From Bacteroidota bacterium (GTDB lineage: Bacteria; Bacteroidota; Ignavibacteria; SZUA-365), in NCBI GenBank assembly GCA_003246455.1, contig QKAF01000009.1, positions 85,395 to 149,394 of the forward strand: a DNA stretch of 64,000 nt, given 5' to 3'. The position numbers and the translations under genes are program-made. Each line of letters starts with the position of its first letter. Position 1 is the first letter of the stretch. Under the pieces are notes generated by a model. It searched no databases, had not been told where the DNA came from, and saw only the letters and a program-made list of their open reading frames with translations. Of the stretch, positions 47,852 to 60,100 are shown in pieces.

Positions 47852-50800
47852 CTATGCATGCACTTCGCCGGTCATCTCCTCGTCTTCCTTTTCCTTCTTG
47901 AACACCACCCCTGAACCGCTCTGCCCGTCGACGAGGATCTCGAGACGGTGCGGCGCGCGAACATGACGCACGTACGCGGTTTCGCCGACGATCTCGAGCG
48001 AATCGAGCCACGCCCAGTCGATGGTGTCCTCCGCCTTGTAGTGACGGGTGGTGAAATACGCGATGTGGAAAGAGGTGAGGTTCTGGAAAAAATGCGACCC
48101 CTGCGACGGATCCGGGAGCATATTCGGAAGCGACGTTTCGACGATGGCATGCGCCCCGGAAATCCCCGGGAAGCGGACCGGGATGCCCAGCCAGGGATCG
48201 GCGGAACCCCAGCGCCCCGGACCGATAAGCAGATAGGGACGCTGCTCCTCGACGAGACGCTTGTTGATTTCCGCGATCTCATTGGCCATTTCCTTCGTGC
48301 GCGCATTTTCGAAACTGTCGGGCTTCACGTAGACGATATCCCGCAGCCGGTAAATGCCGTTACCGAGCACGTTCTCGCTCTTCAGCAGCAGTTCCTCACG
48401 CCGGAGGTTTGCGAAGTCGATCTCGACGGTGCCCTCTTCCTTGACCATCGGACGCACCTGGAGGAAATCGAATTCGCTGATATCGTCGAAGTGCCGGCCG
48501 AGCACGCCCGCAAATTCGATTTCCACCGGACAGTTCATCGCCGTTTCGCAGAGTTCCATGAGCAGCCGCAGCACCTTCGCCAGCGGAATATATTCCGACT
48601 GCAGGATCGGCGCGAAATTCACGACGCGGAGTCCTTTCCGGAACGTGCCCTCGTATAGCGAATCGTCCTCTGTGCAGAACGTCGACGCGAGATAGTCGAT
48701 CGTGCCGTACTCCTCGGCGACTTTCATGTCGAGGAAATCCAGGTTTTCGTCCTCGCTCGGATCCTCTTCGAGCGGATGCGACTCGAGGTTCACGGCGAAG
48801 AACTTCTTCTGCGAATTGGTGTAATAGTCCTTCCGCGTGGCGAACTGCGGCATGATCGTCGGATACTGGGGGCAGAACTGCGCGCTGACCCCGCCGTCGA
48901 CGATGGTCTTGCCCAGCCCCACGGCGAGATTCACGATGCCGTCGGCCTGCCGGGCGTCGCCGAACGGGTAGTAGTTGAACGAGCGCGCGACCCCGGAGTA
49001 ATGCGGATAATAATGGTGCTTGTAGCGGCGGCCCGACATCTCCTGGATGATCACCGCCATCTGCTCTTCCTCGAGTCGATGGCCAGTGGCCTCGATGTAG
49101 TTTTTCGCGCCGCGGAGATAGGTCGACGCGTACACGTACTTGATCGCCTGTTCAAGCTCCTGGAATCGCGCGTACGGATCGGGATTGCTGTTCGGAAGCA
49201 TGACCGTGGCATAGATCCCGGCGAACGGCTGATACAGCGTATCCTCGAGAAGACTCGAAGACCGGATCGCGAGCGGATGCTGATTGCGCAGCACGACCGC
49301 GCGCAGATCCTCTTCGATCGTGTTCGGGAAACGGGCGTGCATGAAAAGGCTGACGATTTCCTCGTCGGGGATGTTCTGAATCACCTGCGGAAGCAGGTTG
49401 TTCAGCTCCATGAACTGCACGAAGACCTCGGTACAGAGGATGATGCTCCGAGGAATCTTGATGCGGACATTCGGGAAATACGACGGATGCAGGTAATTCT
49501 TCAGGATGTTGTCGATGAACGCCAGGCCGCGGGCCTTTCCGCCGAGGGACCCCCGGCCGATGCGCAGGAACGTGGCGCGGGAATCGAATTCCTCGTGCGA
49601 GAAATCCGCGATCAGCCCGCGCTCGTCATAGATCACGAGTTCGTCGATTTTCCGGATGATATACCGGCGCAGCGACTCGATGGTCTTGAATTCGGTGATC
49701 TTCACCGGCTTGATTTCCTGCGCCAGCCGGAAACGGGTGCGCGCCAGCAGCCAGTTGCTGAAATGATCCCGCGACGCATGGAAGAGCAGCGAATCGTCGG
49801 GAATCGTATGCAGCCGCTGGCGCAGCTGCCGGATCGTCCGCGCACGGTCGACCTCGGTTCCGTCCGGCATACGGAAGATGAACTCCCCGAAGCCGAAATT
49901 CGTGAGCATGAATTCGCGGACCTCCTGCAGCAGCGTGCGGGAATTCTTGTTCGCGAACGCGGCATCCAGCGCGTCGACCTCGTCGCGAAGATCCTCGCGC
50001 GAGGACTGCACGAGAACGGGGAGCTCCGGACTGTGTTCGCGCACCCGCCGGATGTACTTGAGTCCTGCGAATTCGTCTTCGATATCGTTGATCGGGAACT
50101 TCAGGTCGGTGATGATGCCCAGGAGTTCGTTTCGGTACTTGTGGTAGTAGCGCCATGCCTGCTCGAAATTGGTCGCGTGCAGGATCTTGGGCCGCGCGCG
50201 CTGCCGCAGGAGCTTCTCGGCGAAATTCTTGCCCTCCTCGATCAGCATCTGCCCCTGCTTGATCAGTTCGGTGTAGATCAGCGGCAGGAACGACGAGTAG
50301 AACTGCGGCGAATCCTCGACGAGAATGATGGCGCGAACCCCGAAATCCTTGCAGTCGATGCGCGCATTGGCCAGATCCTCGAGCTGCTTGATAATGGCGA
50401 GAAACAGTTTGCGGTCGCCCGACCAGACGAAGACCCGATCGAACAGATTCAGCGCGCCCTGGTTCATCAGCACCTGCAGTTCCCGGCTCTGGTAGCCGAG
50501 CAGCGCCACGGGCACGTCGGCATGCGCTTCCTTGACCGCCTGACAGAAATCCTGCAGGCGCATGTCGCCGAGGCGCATCATGGTGATGACCAGGTCGAAG
50601 CGGCTCTCATCCATCGCCGCGAGCGCGGCCTCTCCCGAGTAGACCCGCGTGATCGACGGGGCGTAATGCAGATTCAGTTCGAGGTACTCGCTGAAAATCG
50701 CCTCGGTGAGCTGCCCGTCGTCGACCAGGGTATAGAAGTCGTAGCGGCTCGATACGAGCAGGATGTTGTTGACGCGGAAGCGCATCAGATCCTTGAAATC

Positions 50801-50890
50801 CAGGTCGTGCGGACTGATATCCTTGTCGGAAAACCCGAAATCCAGAATGAGGTCGCGCAGCTCGTCGCGCTTGATCCTTTTGCGTTTCAT
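47852..50890 (-). CDS. PEP/pyruvate-binding (PPDK_N ATP-grasp) domain protein with tandem receiver domains (copy 1)
   Basis: REC-like ILLVSS..FDLVITM; REC ILVEDS..IITD..QSS..NKNS; GSLGGKARGL, AIRSSSLLED..FAGIY, MAVIIQEM, SGVARS, GLGKTIVDGG, VEIEFA, LQVRP; C-terminal GPGRWGS..QGSHFFQNL. Confidence 0.85.
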   Translation of the reverse strand: MKRKRIKRDELRDLILDFGFSDKDISPHDLDFKDLMRFRVNNILLVSSRYDFYTLVDDGQLTEAIFSEYLELNLHYAPSITRVYSGEAALAAMDESRFDLVITMMRLGDMRLQDFCQAVKEAHADVPVALLGYQSRELQVLMNQGALNLFDRVFVWSGDRKLFLAIIKQLEDLANARIDCKDFGVRAIILVEDSPQFYSSFLPLIYTELIKQGQMLIEEGKNFAEKLLRQRARPKILHATNFEQAWRYYHKYRNELLGIITDLKFPINDIEDEFAGLKYIRRVREHSPELPVLVQSSREDLRDEVDALDAAFANKNSRTLLQEVREFMLTNFGFGEFIFRMPDGTEVDRARTIRQLRQRLHTIPDDSLLFHASRDHFSNWLLARTRFRLAQEIKPVKITEFKTIESLRRYIIRKIDELVIYDERGLIADFSHEEFDSRATFLRIGRGSLGGKARGLAFIDNILKNYLHPSYFPNVRIKIPRSIILCTEVFVQFMELNNLLPQVIQNIPDEEIVSLFMHARFPNTIEEDLRAVVLRNQHPLAIRSSSLLEDTLYQPFAGIYATVMLPNSNPDPYARFQELEQAIKYVYASTYLRGAKNYIEATGHRLEEEQMAVIIQEMSGRRYKHHYYPHYSGVARSFNYYPFGDARQADGIVNLAVGLGKTIVDGGVSAQFCPQYPTIMPQFATRKDYYTNSQKKFFAVNLESHPLEEDPSEDENLDFLDMKVAEEYGTIDYLASTFCTEDDSLYEGTFRKGLRVVNFAPILQSEYIPLAKVLRLLMELCETAMNCPVEIEFAGVLGRHFDDISEFDFLQVRPMVKEEGTVEIDFANLRREELLLKSENVLGNGIYRLRDIVYVKPDSFENARTKEMANEIAEINKRLVEEQRPYLLIGPGRWGSADPWLGIPVRFPGISGAHAIVETSLPNMLPDPSQGSHFFQNLTSFHIAYFTTRHYKAEDTIDWAWLDSLEIVGETAYVRHVRAPHRLEILVDGQSGSGVVFKKEKEDEEMTGEVHA

Positions 50891-51024
50891 GCATACTCCC
50901 GTTTTGGGGTCAGAACCTATGAATCAATCTACGGATGGAGGCAGCGGAGCGCAAGCTGGGCGCGGAAAAGTTTTTTCCTGACGGGATTTTCCGCATTTTC
51001 GTATTACAGTGATTCGGATTTACT

Positions 51025-51094
51025 TGTAGGGTATTCCCTACATAACTCATGGCGCATTCCCTACATCTTGAGATATGGAATGATTGTACTTTTG
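51025..51094 (+). promoter_or_regulatory. Operator-like palindrome, direct repeat and -7 box in a divergent promoter
   Basis: TGTAGGG-TATT-CCCTACA (51025-42); ATTCCCTACAT at 51033-43 and 51056-66; TACTTTTG at 51087-94. Confidence 0.5.
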
Positions 51095-51197
51095 AGTCAC
51101 GTAATTTCAAATTCATGGGTCTTAAACCCTTTTTCTCGAGCCTGAAAGCGGAACCGGATATCGTCTTCTCCAGTATTGACTGCTATACACTTCATAA

Positions 51198-52622
<1,425 letters not shown>

Positions 52623-52645
52623 TCCCATTCCACCCTCTTCCTTGC

Positions 52646-52679
52646 AAAACGCCCCGCCGCTTCTGCGACGGGGCGTTTT
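52646..52679. terminator. Bidirectional terminator
   Basis: AAAACGCCCCGCCGC-TTCT-GCGACGGGGCGTTTT between convergent genes. Confidence 0.7.
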
Positions 52680-52709
52680 CATTCTTTCCGATCCTTCCGC
52701 GGCGCGCTT

Positions 52710-55700
52710 CTATGACCCGTTTCGCAGCGTCTGCTTCAGCACCGCCCCGTTGCCGGTGTGGCCGTCCACCAGGATGGTGATATCCTCCGGCGGACGCACG
52801 TGGCGCGTGTGACGCGTCTCCTCGATACAGTCGAGACTGTCGAGCCAGCTCCAGTCGATAGCGTGTTCCTCGTTGTAGTGACGGAGCGTGAAGTACGCGA
52901 TGCGGAAGGACGTGAGGTTCTGAAAGAAGTGCGACCCCTGTGAAGGATCGATGATCATGTTCGGCAGCGTGGTTTCCACGATGGCGCGCGCGGCGGAAAT
53001 GTCGGAGAAAACCACCGGGATGCCCAGCGACGGATCGCTGCTCCCCCAGCGTCCGGGACCGATCAGCAGGTACGACCGGCGCTCGTGCAGCAGGGAGTGG
53101 TTGATCGCACTGATCTCCCCGACCATCTCCCGCGTTTTCATCGCGTCGAACGTGTCCGGCTTGACGTATACGATGTCACGGACTCGCGAAATCCCGTTCC
53201 CGAGCGCCTTCTCGCAGCGGAACAGGAGCTGCTCGCCGGGCAGCGCCTCGATATCGAGATTCGCCCCGGACTCCTGCTTCACCATCGGTCGAAGCTGGAG
53301 AAAACTGAACTCGGCCGGGAGCGGCGTTCCGCTGCCGAGCCGCACCGCGAATTCAATCTCGACCGGCGCGTTCACAGCGGTCTCGCACATGTTGACGAGC
53401 AGCTTGATCACCTGGTTCAGCGGGATGATCTCCGATTTGAGTATGGGAGCGAAAGTCAGGATGCGCGGACCGCTTCGGCTCATTCCCTCGTACAGCCGGT
53501 CATCCTGTCCGGAATACGTGCTGGCCACATGCGTCAGCGTCCCGTGCGCTTCCGCGTCCTTGAGTTCCAGTTCCGCCAGGTTCTGGTCCTCCCGCGGGTA
53601 TTTCCGGATGATATCCGACTGCAGGTCGAGCGCGAAAAACTTCAGCTGGGAATTGTGAAACAGATCCCGTGTCGTGCCGAACTGGGGATACACCGTCGGG
53701 TACGCGGGCGAGAACTGCAGGCTGGTCCCGCCGTCCACGATCGTCTTTCCGAGTCCCAGCGCGAGATTGACGACACCGTCCTTCTGCGTCGCCTTCCCGA
53801 AGGGATAGTAATTGAAAGACCGGGCGACGCCGGAAACGCGCGGATAGAAATACCGTCCGTGCCGCGTTCCCACCATCTCCTGGATGATCACCGCCATCTT
53901 TTCTTCTTCGATGCGGTTCGAAGTCGCCTCGATATAGTTCTTCGCCTGGCGGAAGTACGTGGAGGCGAACACGTACTTGATCGCCTGCAGGAGATTGTGG
54001 AAGCGTACCGAGATGTCCGGACTGCTGTTCGGTATCATGATCGTGGCGTAGATCCCCGCGAACGGCTGGTACATCGCATCCTCCAGCAGCGAGGAGGAGC
54101 GTATCGCCAGCGGGAAACGGGCCTTGTCGAGGATCGCGCGCAGATCGCCCAGGATCGTCGGCGGAAGGTCCGCGTGGAGGAAGGCCCGGAGGATTTCCTG
54201 GTCGGAAACGTTCTGCACAGCGACGGAAAGCAGGTCGTTCTGCTCGACGAATTCCGCGAACACATCCGTTCCGAGCACGATGGTGCGCGGAATGGAGATG
54301 CGCATGTTGGGGAAATAATCGGGTTCGAGATATTTCCGGAGCAGATTGTCCGTGAAGGCGAGACCGCGGCCCTTCCCGCCAAGCGACCCGGAACCGATGC
54401 GAAGGAAAGTGTCTTCCGCGTCATATTCGCCGCGGGCGAAATCCGAGATCACCCCTTTCTGATCCTGCACGAGCTGTTCGTTGATCGCCATGATCAGGTA
54501 CGCCCGCAATTCGTCGATGGAGGGGAACTGGGTGACCTTCACCGGCTTCAGGCGGTTCGACAGTTCGAAGCGCGTTCGCGCCTTAAGCCAGTTGCTGAAG
54601 TGATCGCGCGATGCGTGGAACTCGAGGCAGGCGTCGGGGACGAGGTGGAGACGTTCGCGCAGTTCGCGCAGGTTTCGCGCCCGCGTGACCTCGCTGCCGT
54701 CGGGCATGCGGAAGATGAAATCTCCGAAGCCGAAGTTGTCCTTCATGAAATCGCTCAGCGACTGCAGCAGCATACGCGAGTTCTTGTCGACGAAAGACAT
54801 TCCCTCGCGCTCGATTTCGAGACGCAGTTCGGTGTTGGAAGACTGCACGAGGATCGGGAGTTCGGGATTGTCCGCGCGTACGAGACGGGCCAGTTTGAGT
54901 CCCGCCGGTTCCTCGTCGTTCCCCGCTCCGGGGAATGTCATGTCGGCGATGATGCCGAGCATGGTTCTCCGGTATTTCTCATAGAACGCGACGGCTTCCT
55001 CGAAGGAGCGCGCGAGAAAGATTTTCGGACGGGCCCGCTGCCGAAGCAGCTTGTCCGCGAAGTTCTTCCCTTCCTCGATCAGGTCCTGCACCTGCTGGAT
55101 CAGGTCGGCATACATGAGCGGGAGATACGAGGAATAAAACCACGGCGAATCCTCCACGAGAAGAATCGTGCGCACTCCGAATTCCAGGCAGTCGACGGGC
55201 GCGTTGCGCAGATCCTCGAACAGCTTGATCAGCGCGAGGAACAGCTTCCGGTCGCCCGACCAGACGAATACGTTGTCGAAACAGGTCGTATCGATCGTCT
55301 TGAGGAACATTTCGAATTCGGCGGAGGGAAACGAGAGCAGCACCATCGGAATTTCAGGATGCTGCCGCTTAACCGAAGTGCAGAACGATGCGAGATCCAT
55401 GTCCCCGAGACGCAGCATCGAGATGACGAGGTCGAAATCCTGCGACTCGAGCAGACGCAGGGCCGCTTCACCCGAATTCACCCGGACGATATGCGGCGCA
55501 TAGTGCAGGTTCAGTTCGGTGTACTCGTTGAAAATGGCCTCGGTCAGCTGGCCGTCCTCCACGAGGGTGTAATAGTCGTACAGGCTGGAGACAAGCAGGA
55601 TGTTGTTGATGCGGAAACGCATCAGATCGCGAAAATCGAGCTGCCGCGTGCGCGGAACAGCGTCACCGACCACGTGGAGTCTGATCAGGTCGGTGACTTC

Positions 55701-55727
55701 GTCAATATTTGTGGACCATGACTTCAT
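52710..55727 (-). CDS. PEP/pyruvate-binding (PPDK_N ATP-grasp) domain protein with tandem receiver domains (copy 2)
   Basis: Same architecture and motifs as 47852-50890 (LLVEDS..IIAD; GSLGGKGRGL; AIRSSSLLED; QGSHFFQNL); AGAGGA SD. Confidence 0.85.
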   Translation of the reverse strand: MKSWSTNIDEVTDLIRLHVVGDAVPRTRQLDFRDLMRFRINNILLVSSLYDYYTLVEDGQLTEAIFNEYTELNLHYAPHIVRVNSGEAALRLLESQDFDLVISMLRLGDMDLASFCTSVKRQHPEIPMVLLSFPSAEFEMFLKTIDTTCFDNVFVWSGDRKLFLALIKLFEDLRNAPVDCLEFGVRTILLVEDSPWFYSSYLPLMYADLIQQVQDLIEEGKNFADKLLRQRARPKIFLARSFEEAVAFYEKYRRTMLGIIADMTFPGAGNDEEPAGLKLARLVRADNPELPILVQSSNTELRLEIEREGMSFVDKNSRMLLQSLSDFMKDNFGFGDFIFRMPDGSEVTRARNLRELRERLHLVPDACLEFHASRDHFSNWLKARTRFELSNRLKPVKVTQFPSIDELRAYLIMAINEQLVQDQKGVISDFARGEYDAEDTFLRIGSGSLGGKGRGLAFTDNLLRKYLEPDYFPNMRISIPRTIVLGTDVFAEFVEQNDLLSVAVQNVSDQEILRAFLHADLPPTILGDLRAILDKARFPLAIRSSSLLEDAMYQPFAGIYATIMIPNSSPDISVRFHNLLQAIKYVFASTYFRQAKNYIEATSNRIEEEKMAVIIQEMVGTRHGRYFYPRVSGVARSFNYYPFGKATQKDGVVNLALGLGKTIVDGGTSLQFSPAYPTVYPQFGTTRDLFHNSQLKFFALDLQSDIIRKYPREDQNLAELELKDAEAHGTLTHVASTYSGQDDRLYEGMSRSGPRILTFAPILKSEIIPLNQVIKLLVNMCETAVNAPVEIEFAVRLGSGTPLPAEFSFLQLRPMVKQESGANLDIEALPGEQLLFRCEKALGNGISRVRDIVYVKPDTFDAMKTREMVGEISAINHSLLHERRSYLLIGPGRWGSSDPSLGIPVVFSDISAARAIVETTLPNMIIDPSQGSHFFQNLTSFRIAYFTLRHYNEEHAIDWSWLDSLDCIEETRHTRHVRPPEDITILVDGHTGNGAVLKQTLRNGS

Positions 55728-55755
55728 GGATCATCCTCTTCCGCCGGTCGGCTGC

Positions 55756-57042
55756 TCAAACCCAGCCGCGCATCTTGCAGGCTTCCGCGACGCGCGCGAT
55801 CGCGATCATATAGGCCGCGTCCCGCATCGGGATGTTCCGGCGATGCGCCATCTGCGAAACGGCAAAGTATGCATCGGTCATCTTGGTGTCGAGCTTCGCG
55901 ATCACTTCGTCGCGCGTCCAGTAGTAGTTCATGTTGCTCTGCACCTGCTCGAAGTAACTGCAGGTGACGCCGCCGGCGTTTGCAAGGAAGTCCGGGATGA
56001 GCCATATGCCTTTCTCCCGTATGACCGCGTCCGCCGCGGGAGTGGTCGGACCGTTGGCGCCCTCCGCGACGATGCGGACACCGTTCTTCATTCCCTTGAC
56101 CGTGTCGCGGTTCACCTGGTTCTCCATCGCCGCAGGGATGAGGACATCCACTTCCTGCTCGATCCAGGCGTCGCCCGGGAGCACTTCGTACCCGGCATCC
56201 GCGGCCTTGTCGCGGCTGATCTCTCCGTAGGAGTTCGTCATCGCGCGCAGCTGCCTGAGGTCCACGCCGTCTTTTTTTCTCACCGTGAAGGCCGCCTGTG
56301 CTTTCTGATCCCAGCTGGCGACGCTGATCACCTTTCCGCCGTAGGAGTGGAAGAGATCGATGGCGTGCTGTCCGACGTTGCCGAATCCCTGCACCGATGC
56401 GGTACTGTCTTCGATTCGCAGATTCATTTCCGCGAGCGCTTCGCGCACTGCGTAAATCACGCCGTAGCCGGTCGACTCGGTGCGGCCGAGCGACCCGCCC
56501 AGCCCGATGGGCTTGCCCGTGATGAATCCGGGGGCATGTTTCCCCGTGAGCGTCTCGTATTCATCCAGCATCCAGAGCATGTGCTGCGCGGATGTCATCA
56601 CGTCGGGTGCGGGCACGTCGCGGTCGGGTCCGACGCTTTCGACGATATTGCGCACCCAGCCGCGACAGAGTGCCTCCTGCTCTCGCAGCGAAAGGTTGTG
56701 CGGATCGCAGATGACGCCCCCTTTCCCGCCGCCGAGCGGAATGTCGACGACCGCCGTCTTCCAGGTCATCCACATCGAGAGCGCCCGCACGGTGTCGACG
56801 GTCTCCTGCGGATGGAAGCGCACTCCGCCTTTACAGGCGCCGCGCGCGTCATTGTGCTGGATGCGGAATCCGCGGAACACCTGGTAGCTTCCGTCGTCCA
56901 TGCGGATCGGGATGTTGAAGTGAAATTCCTTTGCCGGCGTGCGCAGCAGCGCACGGGTCGCTTCGTCAAGTCCGAGCTGTTCCGCAATCGTATCGAACTG
57001 CTGCTGCGCCATACGGAACGGGTTGAATGCTTCGCCACTCAT
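55756..57042 (-). CDS. Glu/Leu/Phe/Val dehydrogenase, family II glutamate dehydrogenase
   Basis: AGGAG SD; KGGVRFHP, MTWKTA, PLGGGKGG, DVPAPDV, ITGKP..GGSLGR, QGFGNVG, EGANGPTT, PDFLANAGGVTCSYFE. Confidence 0.9.
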   Translation of the reverse strand: MSGEAFNPFRMAQQQFDTIAEQLGLDEATRALLRTPAKEFHFNIPIRMDDGSYQVFRGFRIQHNDARGACKGGVRFHPQETVDTVRALSMWMTWKTAVVDIPLGGGKGGVICDPHNLSLREQEALCRGWVRNIVESVGPDRDVPAPDVMTSAQHMLWMLDEYETLTGKHAPGFITGKPIGLGGSLGRTESTGYGVIYAVREALAEMNLRIEDSTASVQGFGNVGQHAIDLFHSYGGKVISVASWDQKAQAAFTVRKKDGVDLRQLRAMTNSYGEISRDKAADAGYEVLPGDAWIEQEVDVLIPAAMENQVNRDTVKGMKNGVRIVAEGANGPTTPAADAVIREKGIWLIPDFLANAGGVTCSYFEQVQSNMNYYWTRDEVIAKLDTKMTDAYFAVSQMAHRRNIPMRDAAYMIAIARVAEACKMRGWV

Positions 57043-57187
57043 GCCTTGTCTCCTGGACGGTACGAAATCGGGTGGAACGGCCGCGCTCCGCAGCCCGCGA
57101 AGATGCGTCCTGAGCAGGCAAGGTATCATTTTTCCCCGGAATTTCCCTATTTTCATCCTGATCTCCACTGTTCACGGGCAGGATGCG

Positions 57188-60100
57188 ATGAACATGAACA
57201 AGAAGGAAAAATCCCTCGGCGACCTGCTGTATGCCCTCGGAGAGCGCGCCAAGGAACTGAACTGCCTCTATCATGTCGAGGAAGTTCTCTCGCGGAACGA
57301 TGCGGCGCAGGAAGAGGTGCTCAATGGAATCATCGCGGCCATCCCGCCGGGATGGCAGTTTCCGGACATCTGCCGCGTCCGAATCCGCCTCGGGAATAAA
57401 TCCTTCACCTCCCCGGAATTCCAGCCCACACAATGGAAGCTCGTTTCCTCCATCGTCGTTCAGGACAAGGTGGAGGGCAGCATCGAAGTCTACTACGCGC
57501 GCGAAGTCGGCACCGCGGACGAGGGGCCCTTCCTGCATGAAGAGCGGAAGCTGATCAACACCATCGCAGAGCGCATCGGACACTATCTCCTCCATCAGCA
57601 GCTCAGGCATGTCTTCAACGAATGGCAGACACTCAAGGAGCAGCTCGCCGAGAACAAGCGGCCGGAGTGGAAAGTCATCCTGGAAATGCTGCGCCGCACC
57701 GATCAGAACCTCTACACGCGCATTTCACGGAAGATGCTGAACCGCCTCTGCTGGTCGGGCATCAAAACCGCCTGCGAATTGATGCAGCGTTTCGGCACGC
57801 GCAACGGGGACAGCCAGGACGTCTTCGGCGAAAGCAACCGTCCCCGGCAGCGCGAGGAGCTCTACAACTTCATGTCGTCGAGCGATGAAATCTTCCAGAT
57901 AGCGGCCGAACATCTCAGCGACGAAGAAATCCTGTCACTGATCCAGAAGTGGATCAAGGACGACAAGGCGTCCTTCCTTGTCAACACGGTCGAGAATCTC
58001 GACACCTCTCTCTCCGAGATCGTCGACGCCATCGGCCGTTTCTACCATATTTTTCCTGAAGGAATTGAACTCTCGCCGTCAACCGAAAAGGGCCTGCGGG
58101 TCTCGCTGATCCGGCGATTCTTCACCGAACAGCTTCCGTACATCAATGTCGCGAAGCAGTACCTCGAGGTGCGCGATTTCGCGGAGCTCGTACGCCGCAT
58201 CATCTTCCATCAGAAAAGCCACGGGAAACTTGGGGGGAAAAGCTCGGGGCTGTTCCTCGCGGGACAGATCCTCATGAAGGAAGGCGGGGAAAGCGGCCGC
58301 TTCCCGAACGTCCGCATTCCGAAGACCTGGTACATCACATCAGACGGCATCCTGAATTTCATCCATTACAATAACCTGGAAGAGGTCTTCAACCAGAAGT
58401 ATCTCGACATCGAGCAGGTGCGCGAGGAATACCCGTCGATCATCCAGGTGTTCAAGAACTCCTATTTCTCCCCGGAATTCATCAAGGGGCTGACGATGGC
58501 GCTGGACGATTTCGGCGACATCCCCCTGATCGTCCGCAGTTCCTCGCTGCTCGAAGACAGCATGAACGCCGCGTTCTCCGGGAAATACAAAAGCCTCTTT
58601 CTCGCGAATACCGGGACGAAAGCCGAGCGGATGGCCGCGCTGCTCGATGCCATCGCGGAAGTGTATGCTTCGACTTTCGGTCCCGATCCCATCGAGTACC
58701 GCGCCGAACGCGGGCTGCTCGATTTCCACGAAGAGATGGGCATCATGATCCAGGAGGTCGTCGGCACGCGCATCGGCCGGTATCTCATGCCGGTATGGTC
58801 GGGCGTCGCGTTCAGTCACAACGAATTCCGCTGGTCGCCGCGCATCAAACGGGAAGACGGCCTGATCCGGCTCGTGCCGGGACTCGGGACGCGCGCGGTG
58901 GATCGCGTGGGAGACGATTATCCCGTGCTCATCGCACCGGGACAGCCGTCGCTCCGCGTGAACATAACACCGGATGAGATTGTCCGTTATTCTCCCAAGA
59001 AAATCGACGTCATCAATCTCGAGAGCAGCAGCTTCGAGACCGTCGATATTCTCGACCTGCTGCGTGAAACCGGACATTCCTACCCGGGCATCAACACCAT
59101 CGTCTCGCAGTATGACGGCGACACCATCCGTCAGCCGTTCGGCTTCGACCTCGATTTCGAAAAGAGCGTGTATGCGGTGACGTTCAACGGACTGATCGCC
59201 AGCACGCGCTTTCTCAAGAATATCCGGGAAATGCTGCTGCTGCTGCAGGAACGCCTCCAGACGCCCGTGGACATCGAATTCGCGTCCGACGGCAGGGACC
59301 TGTACCTCCTGCAGTGCCGGCCGCAGAGTTTCACCCGTCACAATATTCCGGCACCGATCCCGCAGGACATTCCGCGCGAACGGAAGCTGTTCACGGCGCA
59401 GCGCTACATATCGAACGGACACGTGCCCGACATCACGCATATCGTCTACGTCCATCCCGACAGGTACGCCGCCCTGCCCGACCGACAGGCGCTGCTGTCC
59501 GTCGGACGCTGCGTCGGGCGCCTGAACAAGGTTCTGCCCAAGCGCCAGTTCACCCTGATGGGTCCCGGCCGCTGGGGCAGCCGCGGCGACATCAAGCTGG
59601 GGGTGAACGTGACCTACTCCGATATCAACAACACCGCCCTGCTTGTCGAAATTGCGCACGACCTCGGCGGCTACCTCCCCGACCTCTCTTTCGGCACGCA
59701 CTTCTTCCAGGATCTCGTCGAGTCGTCGATCCGCTATCTGCCGCTGTATCCCGACGAGGCGGATGTCCATTTCAACGAAGCCTTCCTGACGCGCAGCAAA
59801 AACATTCTGGCGGACATCCTCCCCGATTACGCGTTTCTGTCCGACACGGTGTTCGTCATCGACGTCAGTGCGAGCAGCGGCGGGAAAATTCTCCGCGTGC
59901 TGATGAATGCGGAAATCGAACAGGCGGTGGGCTATCTCGAGGACCCGGTCAACGTTCAGCCGGAACCGCAGGACTTTCCCGCACCCGTGCAGCGCACCGT
60001 CGAGGATCACTGGGAATGGCGGCTGCGCATGGCCGAACGGCTCGCCAACGATCTCCATCCGGAGGACTTCGGCATCAAGGGACTGTATATCTTCGGGAGC